A stretch of 64,000 nt of DNA from the human T2T-CHM13v2.0 reference genome, Homo sapiens: the NCBI RefSeq assembly GCF_009914755.1, contig NC_060932.1, one strand, 5' to 3'. This document shows, piece after piece, positions 30,550 to 45,509 of the stretch. The notes beneath the pieces are model-generated. The model was not told where the DNA came from. It did not search any database and was given only the letters and a program-made list of their open reading frames with translations. The position numbers were made by a program, and so were the translations under genes. Numbering within the stretch: position 1 is the first letter of the stretch; every line of letters begins with the position of its first letter.

Positions 30550-32690
30550 TTTCTATGACTTTTTTTCTGGTTATCTTTTGGTCATTGTTTGCTAACTTCA
30601 TTGCTCTGTGGTCAAGCATTTTCTAGGACAAACATGGCCCCATGTGTGGTTGGATTTTATAGTTAGGAAATGCTGTTTCATCATGTTCAATCTGCATGTA
30701 GTTATTGAATTGTCTGCTTGAACTGTATTTGTGAGAGCTCTGGTAGTGGCTTCATCATTTCTCCTTAGAGTTCTGTCCCTTTATTTTTATTTTTTTTCAT
30801 TTTTTTGAGGCTATGTTTTATACATACACACACCTCTTTCTTGATCTTTTTATTATGTAATACTTTATTTTTCTCTATGAGCCTTTTTGCCTTAATCTAT
30901 TGTTTGATACTAACATTCGAAGCAGCTTTCTTTTCTTTCTACTTACCTTATATATCCCTTTATTTCCATTCTTACTGTATTCTATTTTAGATGTCTCCTG
31001 TACATAACACAAAATTGGATTGATCTATTCTGTGAATATTTATATTTTAGTTAAAGCATTTATTCCATTAACATCTTCTGTATTAATATATTTGAATGTT
31101 ACATTTGTCTTCTATTTTTTCTTTTCTCTAGCTTCGTTTGCGTATTTTTGTCATTTTCCTTTTTTATTTTCTGTACATTTTGAATTTATTTACTCTATTA
31201 TTTCGGTGGTTGTTCTAAACAATTCTTACCCTTGCTTGTTCATTAAATCTAGATTTGGATACATGTTAGTCTCCTGATTTACATGATTTTCTCATCATGC
31301 ATTTTTGGGTTTTTTTATTGATATATCATAGTTGCACATATTTAGTTCCGTATTTTTTTAACTATCAGAAGAAATTTTTATTATTGTTGCATACCGTCAT
31401 TTCTTGTTTCATTATACTTTCACATTTGCCATTTTGAGTGCTTTACTTGATTCTTACACTCTGATGTAATTCTTACACTCTTTGCTTTGGTTAAGTAATC
31501 AAAGGATTACTTCTTTCTCCCTGAAGTACATCTTTGATAATGTCTCTTTTCTGTGGGTTGCAAGCCCAAAGATACAGTTTTTCCCTCTTTCTCATGGACA
31601 TTTTTGGTGGTTATAAGATTTTATATTTTATTTCAGAACTATGAAGATGTTCCACTATCTTCTGGCTTCCACCGTTGCTAATGAGAAGTCAGATGTTGGT
31701 CTAACGTTTGTTTCTTTAAAGCAGTGGTTCTTGGGGTGTGGTCTCCTGACCAGCAGCATCAGCATCACCTGAGAACTTGTTAGAAATACATACTCTTTGA
31801 CCCCACACCCCAGATCTTCTGAATCAGAAACCTGGGGATGGGGCCTAGAAATGTGAGATTTTTGTTTTGTTTTGTTTGTTTTGAAACAGGGTCTTGCTAT
31901 GTTGCCCAGTCTGGTCTCGGACTCCTCCGTGCAAGTGATCCACCCACCTTGGCCCCCCAACATGCTGGGATTACAGGTGTGAGCCACTGTGCCCGGGATT
32001 GGTTTGTTTCTTAATAGAGAGATATTTACAGTGTGGTTTAACAAGACCTCCAGGTGACTTTGATGTAACTTAAAGTTTGAGAACTATTGCTTAAAAGGTA
32101 ACCTGTCTTTTTTCCTCTGGTTGCTGCTAAGATACTCTTTTTACCATTGGTATTCTCTGGTTCCTTGTGCCTAAGATTTCTTTTTATCTCTTCAATCTGT
32201 TTATATTTTCCTCCTGAAATGAAAAATCTACAGCCACTATATTTTGCAGTAATTGCCTGTGTTCCTTCTCTGTCTCTCATAGGTAACTCCAGTTAGAAAT
32301 GGTTCAGTTCTTTATCTTCTGCCCCCCGCATGGTTCTTAGCTGTATTTATCTTTCTCAACTTTTTCTGCTTGCCTTGCATTTATTGCTACAAGTAGCTTT
32401 TAAACTTCAGCCTTCATAAAAATTTCATGTAGGGTTTGTTAAAGTACTAATTCATCAGCCCACCCCAAAGAGTCTTACTTAATTGAATTCCGATATGATC
32501 TGGGTATCAGAATTACTTAAAGTGCTCCAGGGGACGTTTATGCAGCAGACTGTATTTAAGAAACAAATTCTTTTCTTTTTTTTTTTTGGCTGTGTGTAAT
32601 CTAAAAGCTAGTTACTTAGGGCTTTTGTTGTGGGTTTCCATTTTGCTTTTATTTTAGCAATTGTAATTGTCCTTTAGAAATCGTAAATTT
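30550..32690 (-). mobile_element. Highly diverged L1M (L1ME-like) fragments with nested MER5 and Alu
   Basis: T-rich antisense L1; TTCAGAACTATGAAGATGTTCCACTATCTTCTGGCTTCC..GCTAATGAGAAGTCAG. Confidence 0.65.
31722..32089 (+). mobile_element. MER5A hAT-Charlie element interrupted by antisense Alu monomer (31859-31997)
   Basis: CAGTGGTTCT..ACCAGCAGCATCAGCATCACCTG..TGAATCAGAAAC..AAGTTTGAGAACTATTG; 8-bp TSD-like CTT(T/A)AAAG. Confidence 0.85.
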
Positions 32691-33156
32691 TAAATTTATA
32701 TATTTATTTATATATTTTATATATATAATTTAATTTATATATTTTATATATATAATTTAATTTATATATTTTATATATAATTTAATTTATATATTTTATA
32801 TATATAATTTAATTTATATATTTTATATATATAATTTAATTTATATATTTTATATATATAATTTAATTTATATATTTTATATATATAATTTAATTTATAT
32901 ATTTTATATATATAATTTAATTTATATATTTTATATATATAATTTGATTTATATATTTTATATATAATTTGATTTATATATTTTATATATAAATTTAATT
33001 TACATATTTTATATAATTTAATTTATATATTTTATATATAATTTAATTTATATATTTTATATAATTTAATTTATATATTTTATATATAATTTAATTTATA
33101 TATTTCATATATAATTTAATTTATATATTTTATATATATAATTTAATATATATATT
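32690..33156. repeat. AT-only minisatellite (VNTR), ~27-bp unit, ~17 copies
   Basis: Unit TAATTTAATTTATATATTTTATATATA with 23/25/27-bp variants; period 27 verified at 32805/32832. Confidence 0.92.
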
Positions 33157-33164
33157 TGGGGGTG

Positions 33165-33452
<288 letters not shown>

Positions 33453-34210
33453 ATATTTACGTGAATAAAAGTGGTAGAAATAGTCCTAGTAAGGACAGAA
33501 ATACCAGTCAGTAAAAGTAACAAAAGAATTATTCTCTCTGTAATATTTACATCTGCAAATTCTGAATATCCTGGGACACTGTGATTAAGTTGAATATGGG
33601 GATAAAATCAAATATTGGGAGAATTATGGTCACAAGAGAGCTCATAATGGAACAGTTTGGAGCAAAATTTGTTTTGGACCACAAACTTGATGGAGGAGGA
33701 AGATCTAAAACTGAGGAACAGGGCTGGGTCGAGGGTGAGGTTTGTGAGTGCAGTGTCAGATGCCACTCACTCTGAGCCAGCCCTGTGCTTGTCCGACTGG
33801 CACTGGAAGTGCCTCCTTAAATACTGCACACTTATCTAGCAGCCTGGGTTGCCTCATCCCAGTCCTGGCCCTGGTGAGAAGAAAAACAGATCCCAATAAG
33901 AATAGAGTAAGATTTGTAGGAATAGAAAAATAGAACTGCTTTTGCCATGTTGTAAAGAAAATTAAAAGAGAAATTAAGCAGCCTTAACAGCTCTGAAAAA
34001 ATTAACCTATCTGTTCTAACTTATCCATGGTGACAGCATTCTGATTATCCTGGTTTTGTTTCATGTATCACATAGAAACGGGGCAGAACGTCTCTGAGTT
34101 CATAGATCCTACAGCTGTTCTGGACTCCCTGTTCCACATCCTGCCAGAGTCACTTAGATGCCGAAATCTTTTGCATTTGTATTCAGGGCCACTAGCTCTT
34201 TGAGAACCTC

Positions 34211-34330
34211 TGATATAGTTTGGATGTGTATCCCCACGCAAATCTCATATGGAAACGTAATTCCCAATGTTGGAGGTGGGGCCTGGTAGGAGGTGATTGG
34301 ATTGTGGGGGCGGATTTCTCATGAATGGTT
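34211..34330 (+). mobile_element. MST (MSTA/B) LTR 5' part only, truncated at the ZNF junction
   Basis: TGATATAGTTTGGATG..GTTGGAGGTGGGGCCTGG..TCTCATGAATGGTT then abrupt switch to zinc-finger sequence. Confidence 0.85.
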
Positions 34331-35362
<1,032 letters not shown>

Positions 35363-37266
35363 GCACGCCTGCTTTAAAGAAACAGGATTACTCAGACCAG
35401 AAACAGATCTCACGGGTGTAGGAGAAAGCCTCTGTGAGCCCGCATCTTACTGGGTGCAAAAGAATCCAAGTAACTTGGGAAAAGTCCAATTCCTGTAAAA
35501 ACTGTGGGAAGACGAGGTGTTCTCATCCCATAGGAGATTTGTGAGAACTCACGCTGGGTGAGAGAGGGTGAAAATGTACATCTGTAGCATGCAGAAGCCT
35601 TCAGGGTACATTCAGCTCTTAACAAACACAGAAGGACTTAAGGCGAGAAACCCCAGCTTGGCATTTAATGTCAAAATGACTTCAGCACTACTTCTAGCCC
35701 CTGGGCCCATGAGTAATAATAAGCACACTAGGGAGAATCTCTGTAAATGCAGTGGCTGGGGAAACCCTTCCTGGTCTCACTCGATTCCTCATGACAGAAA
35801 TCACACTAAAGAGAGAAATCAGTGAAATAGGGAATGTGGGAAGGTCATGAAGAGGTCCGCAAACCATGGCTGGCTGTCTGTGGCATGGTTTGCAAGCTAA
35901 CAATAGTTGGTTCATCTTTAAAGAGGAAGAAAGTGTGATAGAGAACATATATGGCCAACGAAGTCTGAAATACTTCCTGTCATCTGTCCCTTTCCAGAGA
36001 AACTTGGCTGACCCTTTGTCTACAGCAGGGGTCCTCAGGCAGGCCGTGATTTTTCTGTCCAGGTGTCATTTGGCAATGTCTGGAGACATTTTTGGTGTTA
36101 GAACTGGGAGAAGATGCTCCTGACTTGTAGTAGGAAGACATCAGGGATGCTGCTGAGTACCCTCCAGTGCACAGGAGCCCCCCACAACAAAGAGTTATGT
36201 GCCCCTAAACGTCACTGTTGCTGAGGTTGAAAATAATCATGCAGTCATTCCTCAATTATTTCCTGCAACAATTCCTCAGTTTTCTGAATCTTCTGAGCAG
36301 TTACACTAGGAGAAATTTCTTTTACAAAACCTTTAAAATACAATCAGTGCTGATAATTCCTATGTGGAAATGATTCCAGCCATGGTCCCCTCACTTGTGC
36401 ATGTGAATATTCTCCCTGGGGGAGAACCCCAACAGGATATTCGTGTGAATACGGGATTGCACTTATTCTCTCATCATGAAAACAGACCCCCGCTCATAAA
36501 TTTTTCATCTTTATTTTTAAGGTTACACTCCTCTAAATAACCCTAAAGCCTCATCACAAAAGGTTTATATATAGTATTTTTACTATAGCTTCATCCTTGA
36601 TAACGTCCTAATTGCCTTTTGGACAACCTACTTGACCAATCACGTATTTAGATCCATGTGACATGTGGGTATTTCTCAGTACTGGTTTGTTACTGGCACC
36701 TAATTTACACGCATTGTGACCAGAGCATGATGTCTCCATCAAGTGGTGGTATGTTTGCAGCCTGCTGTCCAGCCAAGAGTGGCAGATACTTCTAGTGGCT
36801 TCCCCAGTGTCCACTCTCATCTTCTTCCCATATCAAGAAAATCCAGGTTCTGTCAGATTAGTAAAGTGTGCTATTTTTAAAAAATCTCTTACAGGTTTTC
36901 TTGCAACTAGGACCATCCATGTCCCACAACCCTGGCCAGTGACAAATCAGCAGATTCGCTGCATGGGCTTCTGAGAAAGTTCTTGAACAGGGGTCATTCT
37001 TAAACCTGAATTCTTCCCTGTATGTTTTGCTCTTTGCTTTACCCCCTACTTCTCACCTTGCAAGGAGATTCGGTACCTAGTATTGGAAGATCCACCTTAT
37101 GACCATGCGGATGAAAGCCACAGTCTAAGGAAGTGACTGCAGAAAGCCCACAGCTACCCTGGCCTACCCTGTGGTTTCTTTGAGTGTCTGCACCAGCCCT
37201 GGACTTGTTACTTCCAGACGTCCTATCACATGAGAAAAAATAAAACTGATTATGGGTTTAAGCTGC
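35363..37266 (+). pseudogene. ZNF317-derived 3'UTR (degenerate fingers, MER20, old MLT1-like LTR carrying AATAAA)
   Basis: Contiguous with the ZF exon; AATAAA at 37239-37244; no poly(A) follows. Confidence 0.6.
36023..36235 (+). mobile_element. MER20 hAT-Charlie element
   Basis: CATTTGGCAATGTCTGGAGACATTTTTGGT..AGGGATGCTGCT..CCCCCACAACAAAGAGTTAT..GCTGAGGTTGA. Confidence 0.85.
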
Positions 37267-37299
37267 TATGGCTATTTCATAGTTTTTCTTTTAAATTTG

Positions 37300-37423
37300 T
37301 GTATTTTGAGATGGGGATCTCACTATGTTGCCTAGGCCAGACTCAAACTCCTGGGCTCAAACAGTCTTCCTGCCTCAGCCTCCTAAATAGCTGAGAATAC
37401 AGGCATGTGCCACCACACCGAGC
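37300..37423 (-). mobile_element. Alu monomer fragment
   Basis: TTTGAGATGGGGATCTCACTATGTTGCC..CTCCTGGGCTCAA..CCTCAGCCTCC. Confidence 0.8.
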
Positions 37424-37859
37424 TTTTCTATTTAATTTATTTATTGGTGGGAGGGGGGCTCTACACCCAGCTGGATGCTGCCTGGAGCCCATACACCTGG
37501 TCATTGATGAGTTTTATAACTAGTAGCTAAATGTGTGGGCACAACACGTATACTTTTAATTGTAGGATATAGGTTTTTTCATTTGTTTAAACCAATCTTT
37601 GACATTGTATTTCAGGTCTTTGATATATCTTTATATTTTCTTGACTTATTGATCATGGTATATTGGTTTTCACAAAAGCACATGGAGACAGGTACGGTCA
37701 GCATCTCTGTTTTGCATATGGGGAATCTGAGGCATGAAAGCTGAGATTTACTTGTCTGAGGTTAGCCTGTTAGCTGGTAGCAGTGTTTGCCTTTGAACCC
37801 TGGTGTCTGGCTCCGGAGCTTATACCTCCTTTATGCCCAGCACAGACACTGCTCTGTGG

Positions 37860-38420
37860 TGTCCAGGGTCTATGCAGAGATTCCATATTTTTGCCCTGGT
37901 GGTGCTTGGGGCTGGGGCACCCGATAAACAAACCAGTAAACATATTGTGTATCATGTGGTGTTAAATGCAATGGAAACAACTATGGAGGGAGCATGTAGG
38001 TTGAAGGAAGCTATAGGGTGGGTAGGGAAAGACTTGCATTTAAACAGAGATGTCAGGGAACTGCAAGCATGTGCCCTTAATCTCAGGAAGAGCACCCTTG
38101 GCAGATCAAAGGCCATGAAGAAGAATTGTGCTTGGGGAAGCCGTGCAATAGCAGAGGTGTTGGTGTGGTGGAGTGAGGCAAGCTTGGGCATCGTAAGAGG
38201 ATGATGATGTCAAAGCTGTATCACAGACTGTTCAGAAGGGCATCTAGCTGGTTAACTAGATCTTGAACAGAAGAATGACAACTATCCAATTTCAGTTTTC
38301 AAAAGGATCACAGTGGCTTCTGGGTTGATAAGCTAAAGAGGGATGAGATGTGAACAGAAACCAGTTAGAAGGTCATTGGAGAATTCAAGTGAAATGTAAT
38401 GGCAGCCAGATTAAGTAGTA
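37860..38420 (-). mobile_element. L2 fragment
   Basis: GA-rich antisense L2 (AAAAGGATCACAGTGGCT, GAAACCAGTTAGAAGG). Confidence 0.55.
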
Positions 38421-38729
38421 GGAGGAGTGGTTTGAGAGTCACATTGATGAATATAGTCGGAGTTTCATTTTAACTTCCAGACAGTGATAATTTTATCGTT
38501 ATCCCACTATTATGCTTTGTACTGCTAATGAACAGTCGGTTTTTCCCATTTTTCCCAATTACGAACAGTGGTGCTGTAAGGTGTACATGCCTTCCGGAGC
38601 ACTAGTACGTTTTTCCAGGAGTGCGAGGTTGCTGGGTTGTAAGGTCTCTGCGTGTTCATCTTATCAGTATAATGCCAAAGTCATTTCTACAGTGGTCGTG
38701 TAATAATACCGTGTGTGTCTGTGTTTTTG

Positions 38730-39575
38730 AAAACAGGTTTTATTGAAATGTAACATACATATAGAAATGTGCTTAATTCGTAAGTGAACAAACCAGTTAT
38801 CACACGAACACTTCCACCTAACCACCAGGTCAAGAAAGAATATTACCAGTATTCCAGATAACTCCTCTTTTTTCCTCCAAATTACACACTCTTCTCTACT
38901 CTGTAGGTAACCAGTATTCCGACTCTGACAGTATGGTTTGACTTTTTGTTTTGAGCCCTGTGCAAATGCAGCCAGACAGTATGCATTCTTTCTTTTGTTC
39001 TTTTGTCCATCTTAATTTTTCCAATATTTTTGTGAAATGATTAGTATTGTTTCCCGTATCTCTAACTAGTACATTTTATTCTGTTCCTTTGTTTGAATAT
39101 TCCACAATTCATTTAAGCATCTTATATTCATGACCATTGAACTTTGCAGTTTGGGGTTATTGTGATTAATACTGCTATGAGCACATTTTAATATTTCTGG
39201 TTGTGCATGGTGTGTGTACTTATCTTGGTGCATACCTTGGACAGAAATTGCTGGGTCATATGATACGCATTTGTTCATTTTCAGTGGATACTGCCAGTTT
39301 TCTACAGTTTATATTCTGACAAACTATTCTGTGCAGTTAGACAAGAAGATACTCACGTTGCCTTCCTTGTCTTATTGATTTATATACGTGTGAGCCCACT
39401 GGGTGGATATATGTTTTGTAGATATTTTCTCCTACTCTGTGGCATGTCTCTTCATGTTCACTGATTCTTTGGCCATGTTCAGATGATTAGCCTATCAAAG
39501 GCATTCTTCCATTTCTCTTATGGTGGCTTTGATTTCTAATATTTCCTTCTGATTCTTTGAGTTTCCATTTTTCTG
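38730..39575 (-). mobile_element. Old L1M fragments
   Basis: TTTATTGAAATGTAACATACAT..GGTAACCAGTATTC..GAAATTGCTGGGTCATATG. Confidence 0.75.
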
Positions 39576-39579
39576 CTGA

Positions 39580-40032
39580 TAATGCAGGGCAGATAAGCCC
39601 CCAAACTGGGGATTAGCCCAGGTGGTTCTCGGCTTTGCTCAGGAAAGAATTCAAGAGCCAGCGGTAGTAAAAGAAATTGGGTTTATTGAAACAGCAGGGC
39701 ACAGCGGAATAGCTGCCCCTTGTGGAGCAGGGGTTACTCATAGGCAGTGTGCCCAGAGTAGCAGCATTTGGGCTATTGGATAACAGTATTTATACCCACT
39801 TTTAATTACATGCAAATTAAGGGATGGGCTATTCAGATAGCTCTAGAAAAGGAGTGGTAACTTCTGGGTTTGCCATGGCAGTCGTAAATTGTCATGGCGC
39901 TGGTGTAAGTGTCTTACACTGATGAGCAGTGAGCGCACCTGGAGTATCCTTCAGCACCATTTGCTGGTTCTGCCACTTTCTTTATTTCATTCTGTCTAGA
40001 CTAGGAAATAAGCCCTGCCTGTCTCCTACCAC
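39580..40032 (-). mobile_element. ERV1 solo LTR (MER66-like)
   Basis: GCAGGGCAGATAAGCCCCCAAACTGGGG..GGCTTTGCTCAGGAAAGAATTCAAG..TTAATTACATGCAAATTAAGGG. Confidence 0.7.
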
Positions 40033-40034
40033 AC

Positions 40035-40890
40035 TTAGATTACCCATCTGTTCTTGCGTGTTGTCCACTTTTTCCGTTAGAACCCTTAGTATATTAACCA
40101 TAGTTATTTTAAACTCCCAATCTGATGATTGCACAATCTCTGCCATATCTGAGGCTAGTTCTAATGCTTTCTCTGTTGGCTTAGACTTATGTGTTTCCTT
40201 GCCTTTTAATGTGCCTCGTAGCTTGTTATTGAAAGCCGGGCATGGTGCATTCGGTGGTAGGAACAGCAGTAAAAAAGGCCTTCACTGTGGTTGTTCTGGC
40301 TAGAAGTTAGCCTCTGTTTACTGCTTGCTGTAGTGATGGTGTCAGAGGCTAAAATTTCCTCTAGTGTCTTTACTCTTATTCCTTCTGTTGTCTTTCAGTT
40401 TTCCTAGAGACTTGAAATAGGAGCTAAGGCTTGCAATGCTTCTAACTGTAGTCCTATTAATATACGGGAGCCCTACTGATGTGGTGGTTACAGTGCAGAG
40501 AGTGAAGTGTCTATAATACCAGGAGTAAGTCTCAGTCTTTAGTGAGCCTGAATTGGATATTTCTCTTCCCCTAGGTCAGTTAGGTTTTGTTAAAACCCCA
40601 GTAGTTTAGTCTCTGGCAACATCGTTTCCCTTGAGGGCAGACCTTACCAAGAACAGAATGTTCTGGGTATAAATCAGAAATACTCTTTCCTCCCCCAGGT
40701 CAATCTTCACAGTAAGAACCTAGTTGGGTTCCTGGAGGGAAAACTCAAGAAAGGTAGGAGAGTGGTTATGAGTCTTTCAATTTGGTGTTTGTCTTGGAAG
40801 ACTGTAAAATTTTCTTTTTCCTTCACCACCCAATTGCCAAAGGATCCCTCTCCCTTCGTTTCTGTCTTCCAGAAGCCTTGTGTTTAGAAG
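40035..40890 (-). mobile_element. L1MC/MD-like 5' region
   Basis: TTACCCATCTGTTCTTGCGTGTTGTCCACTTTTTCCGTTAGAACCCTTAG..GGTGTCAGAGGCTAAAATTTCCTCTAGTGTC. Confidence 0.65.
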
Positions 40891-40896
40891 ACTCTT

Positions 40897-41278
40897 TGAT
40901 ACGGTTTGGCTGTGTCCCCACCCAAGTCTCATCTTGAATTGAGCTCTCACAACTCCCATGTGTTGTGGGAGGGACCCAGTGGGAGGTAATTGAATCATGG
41001 GGGCGGGTCTTTCCTGTGCTGTTCTTGTGATAAGTAAGTAAGTCTAACGAAATCTGATGGTTTGAAAAGGGGAGTTCCCCTGCACAAACTCTCCTGCCTG
41101 CCACCATGTAAGACGTAACTTTGCTCCTCATTCACCTGCTGCCATGTAAAACATAACTTTACTCCTCATTCGCCTTCCACCATGATTGTGAGGCCTCCCA
41201 AGCCATATGGAACTGTAAGTCCATTAAGCCTCTTTATAAAGTCTTGGGCATGTCTTTATTAGCAGTGTGAGACACACA
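40897..41278 (+). mobile_element. THE1 (B/C) solo LTR with an internal ~38-bp duplication
   Basis: TGATACGGTTTGGCTGTGTCCCCACCCAA start; CCATGTAA..AACTTT.CTCCTCATTC repeated at ~41104 and ~41142. Confidence 0.88.
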
Positions 41279-41746
41279 GTTGCTCCGGCCTATAAATGAC
41301 ACATAGTTTTAAGTCCGTTTCCTCAGTTCTCCTATGATTGGCCAGGGTTTTTTTGTTTGGTTTTTTTGTTTTGTTTTTTTGCATTTTCAAATTAAGGGTA
41401 GATCAGTTAGAGGGTCTTGCTCCAGCTCTGTCTCAGGCCCCCCACCAGCTCTCCCTCTTTCTTGCAGTTTACCTCACAGAGCCTTGGGATGGGCATGTGT
41501 GGAACCGTGGTGCTGAGATTTCATGCTTTATCTCATTTTACTCATAGTTATTTTGCAATTTTGGCATTCTCTCTGTCTTAAAGGCAGTGTTGAAGGTATA
41601 GTTTTTTGCAGAAGATTCATTGTGGAGTTACTTCATAGCATTTAAGAGGAGATTTGGGGAGGTTGCTTACCACTCAGTGGCCATTGTTTTTAGTTACCTG
41701 GAAGTCTCCTCACCTTAGTTTTTGAAAATACTTTGGCTGGATATGC

Positions 41747-42087
41747 TTTTTTATTTATTTTATTTTATTTTATTTTATTTTATTTTATTTTATTTTATTT
41801 TATTTTTTGAGACAGAGTCTCTGTCACACAGGCTGGAGTGCCGTGGCATGATCTTGGTTCACTGCAACCTCCACCTCCCAGGTTCAAATGATTCTTGTGC
41901 CTCAGCCACCTGAGTAGCTAGGATTACAGGCATGCACCACCACACCCAGCTAATGTTTGTATTTTTAGTAGAGACGAGATTTCACCAGGTTAGCCAGGCT
42001 GGTCTCAAACTCCTGACCCCAGATGATCTGCCTGCCTCAGACTCCCAAAGTGCTGGGGTTACAGCGATGAGCCACCGCAAGCAGCCT
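41747..42087 (-). mobile_element. AluS with (TTTTA)n tail
   Basis: Antisense Alu; (TTTTA)~11 at 41747-41808; TSD CTGGATATGCTTT both sides. Confidence 0.92.
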
Positions 42088-43017
42088 GGATATGCTTTAA
42101 AGAGGTCATATCTTTGTCTTCTGGCCCCCATTGTTTCTGACTAAAAGTTAGCATTATTCTTAACAATACCCCCTGTATGTAATGTGTTGTTTGTCAAACT
42201 GTTGAAAACTCAAGATAATTATCTAAAGGGCAGCCAGTGACAAACAACACATAAATGTATATGCTTTTATCTTGTTAACCTAATCATATGTCAGTTTGAT
42301 TCTTGGGCCCAGCTAGGATCCTAAGATGATGTAGGTGAAATTTTGTTGCCCCTACAATATGGACATTAGTTTGCAAGTGTCTGTTTGAGTTCCTGCTTTC
42401 AATTCTCATGAATTTTCATAAATTGTTTTCTTCCTCATTTTCTCTTTTTGGGACTCCAGTTGTGCCACAGGACTCTTGAGATTCCTGTTTCATTCTTCTG
42501 ATGTGTTTGTTTTCCAGTTTGTATGACTTCTACTGACATATCTTAAAGTTCACTAGCTCTTCTGTCCTTTTCGTCTGTCGAATCCATTTAGTGACTCCTT
42601 AAAATTTAGATGTCTGAGGTCCTTAGGAAAACAGGTGCTTCCCCCCAATGTAGCTTGGATTTGCTCTGAATGTGGCAGTCCCCTAAGCCAATAACACACT
42701 GCCTCCTGGCCTGCCCTGGCCACCCAGGGAGGAGTGAAGGGAGAGATAGGTATAGTGGTAATAAGCTTTGCTGTGCACAGCCTTGTGTAACGACTACAAA
42801 AGGCAATATGTTTTTCTGCTCCCACCCCCAAGCCTGATTTCTTCAAGATGCAGTAACTGACACCCTCACACATGCCCTCCCCTCTACCTCCCGTTATTCT
42901 GCCAAGAACCCTGTCTAAGGAACAAGGAAATCTCACAAAAGAAGATGTCTCAGGTACCCATTGGCAGCCATGACGTCATGACAAGTGGGTCTGGTGTCAT
43001 TAAAAAGGTTGTCTTCA

Positions 43018-43410
<393 letters not shown>

Positions 43411-43712
43411 TCATGGCTTTGAAGACCCTGGACCCCTGTGTTGCTGGAGATGGTGTCCATGTCCTCACATGGTCTGTTCAGCCCTCTTTCTGACACGTGG
43501 AGAGGCAGCTGCTGCAGTTCAGCACAAACAAGATGTAGTGTGTCTCCAGGGTGGGAGCCTGCAAGTGGTGGACTCTGACTTTGACTTTAAGGACAGATTT
43601 ATTCCTTAATGTTCTTCCTTATATGATTGGTTCTTCTGTGGGCCTCAGACTCCCTCTCCAATAGCCTTCTGCCCTCTCCCATTTTCACATTTTCATTTTC
43701 GAGCTTCCTTAG

Positions 43713-44038
<326 letters not shown>

Positions 44039-45188
44039 TTACATTCTTATTCTGTGCATATTGGCCATTGTGGGCATCATTCCTCACCTGAGTGAACACA
44101 TCCATGAGTGAACATCCTGAGTGAACACATTCTTAATATTTGTGTCCTGGGACCTAGGTTTGGAGTTTGGAGTAGAGAGGCCAAGGGTTTGTAGTTAGGC
44201 AGTTTACTTCCAAAATATTTATGTATTGTGCTTTCTTCTTTATAAAAACCCTTGCGGGACTGTTAAGTGTGTGTCTAAGCATGGATTTGGGTTTTCTAGA
44301 CCGGAGATCCCTAGTCCCTTTGAAACTGTGAGTGTGAGGGTATTGTGTTTCTTGAGAAGGTCTAAGAGTTGTTCTCAGTGTGGCTGCAGAGTATGTTGTA
44401 CTTAGAGACCTCATCAGAATGGATAACCCATTTGCCTCCATCACTTACGAAACAACGACTTTTAACAGCTACATTAAAATGCCACCGGTGTCATACTACA
44501 TTCCCATAAATACTGGGAATTAACTGATGACTTTCTCGTCCAGGTATTCATAGGCTTTGGCAATGCAGCAGTACACAAAACAGATCACATTCATAGGATT
44601 CTTGACGTTAAACTTTGGAGCCAGAGTACAAGCAAATATATAAACACTAGGAAGAAAAGTAAATACTGGCAAGAATAAATGCTATGAGGAAGAGTAAAGT
44701 TGAATAGGAGTATAGACAGATGGGATTGACCCATTAAATTTGTACAGTGTACAGCATATACTCATTTTTGGTCACTTTAGCTTTTTAGGAGACAAAATCA
44801 TCCCAGAAATTCTCAAGAGGCAGCTTTCCTGTATATTTCAGTTTCTCCTAAAACAGACGAGGGCTGGGAATCCTTACTGAGGAATCACCCAAGCATTTCT
44901 TTCTGTCATGACAAGAGCAATTTCTGTTTGCTCCATGAGACCCTGTTTCTCTCACTTGCAACTTTCAGGTTGCAAGATTTGAAAAATGCTTGTCAAAACT
45001 TGATGGTTATTTTTGTTTTTAAAGGCAGTTGGATCTGCATTTTCTTCCAGTCCACTCACTTCTATCTGGTTTGGCCTCCAAGATCTTAATCTTTTGCCCA
45101 AGAAAATCCTTCCATTTAAGCAACATGAGTTCCTTGATTTGTCTTTAACTAGCCCACTGCTACTTTTCTGAGTTCAGAATAAAAGCTG

Positions 45189-45509
<321 letters not shown>

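Noticed and set aside
36860-36884. AGTAAA plus A6 as the poly(A) tail of a ZNF retrocopy
   Set aside because: A-run is only 6 nt, no TSD, and the MST LTR does not resume after it
44085-44130. Short triplication GAGTGAACA(CA)TCC, and GCATTGAGTAAAAT duplications near 46125-46185
   Set aside because: Ordinary slippage duplications with no further structure
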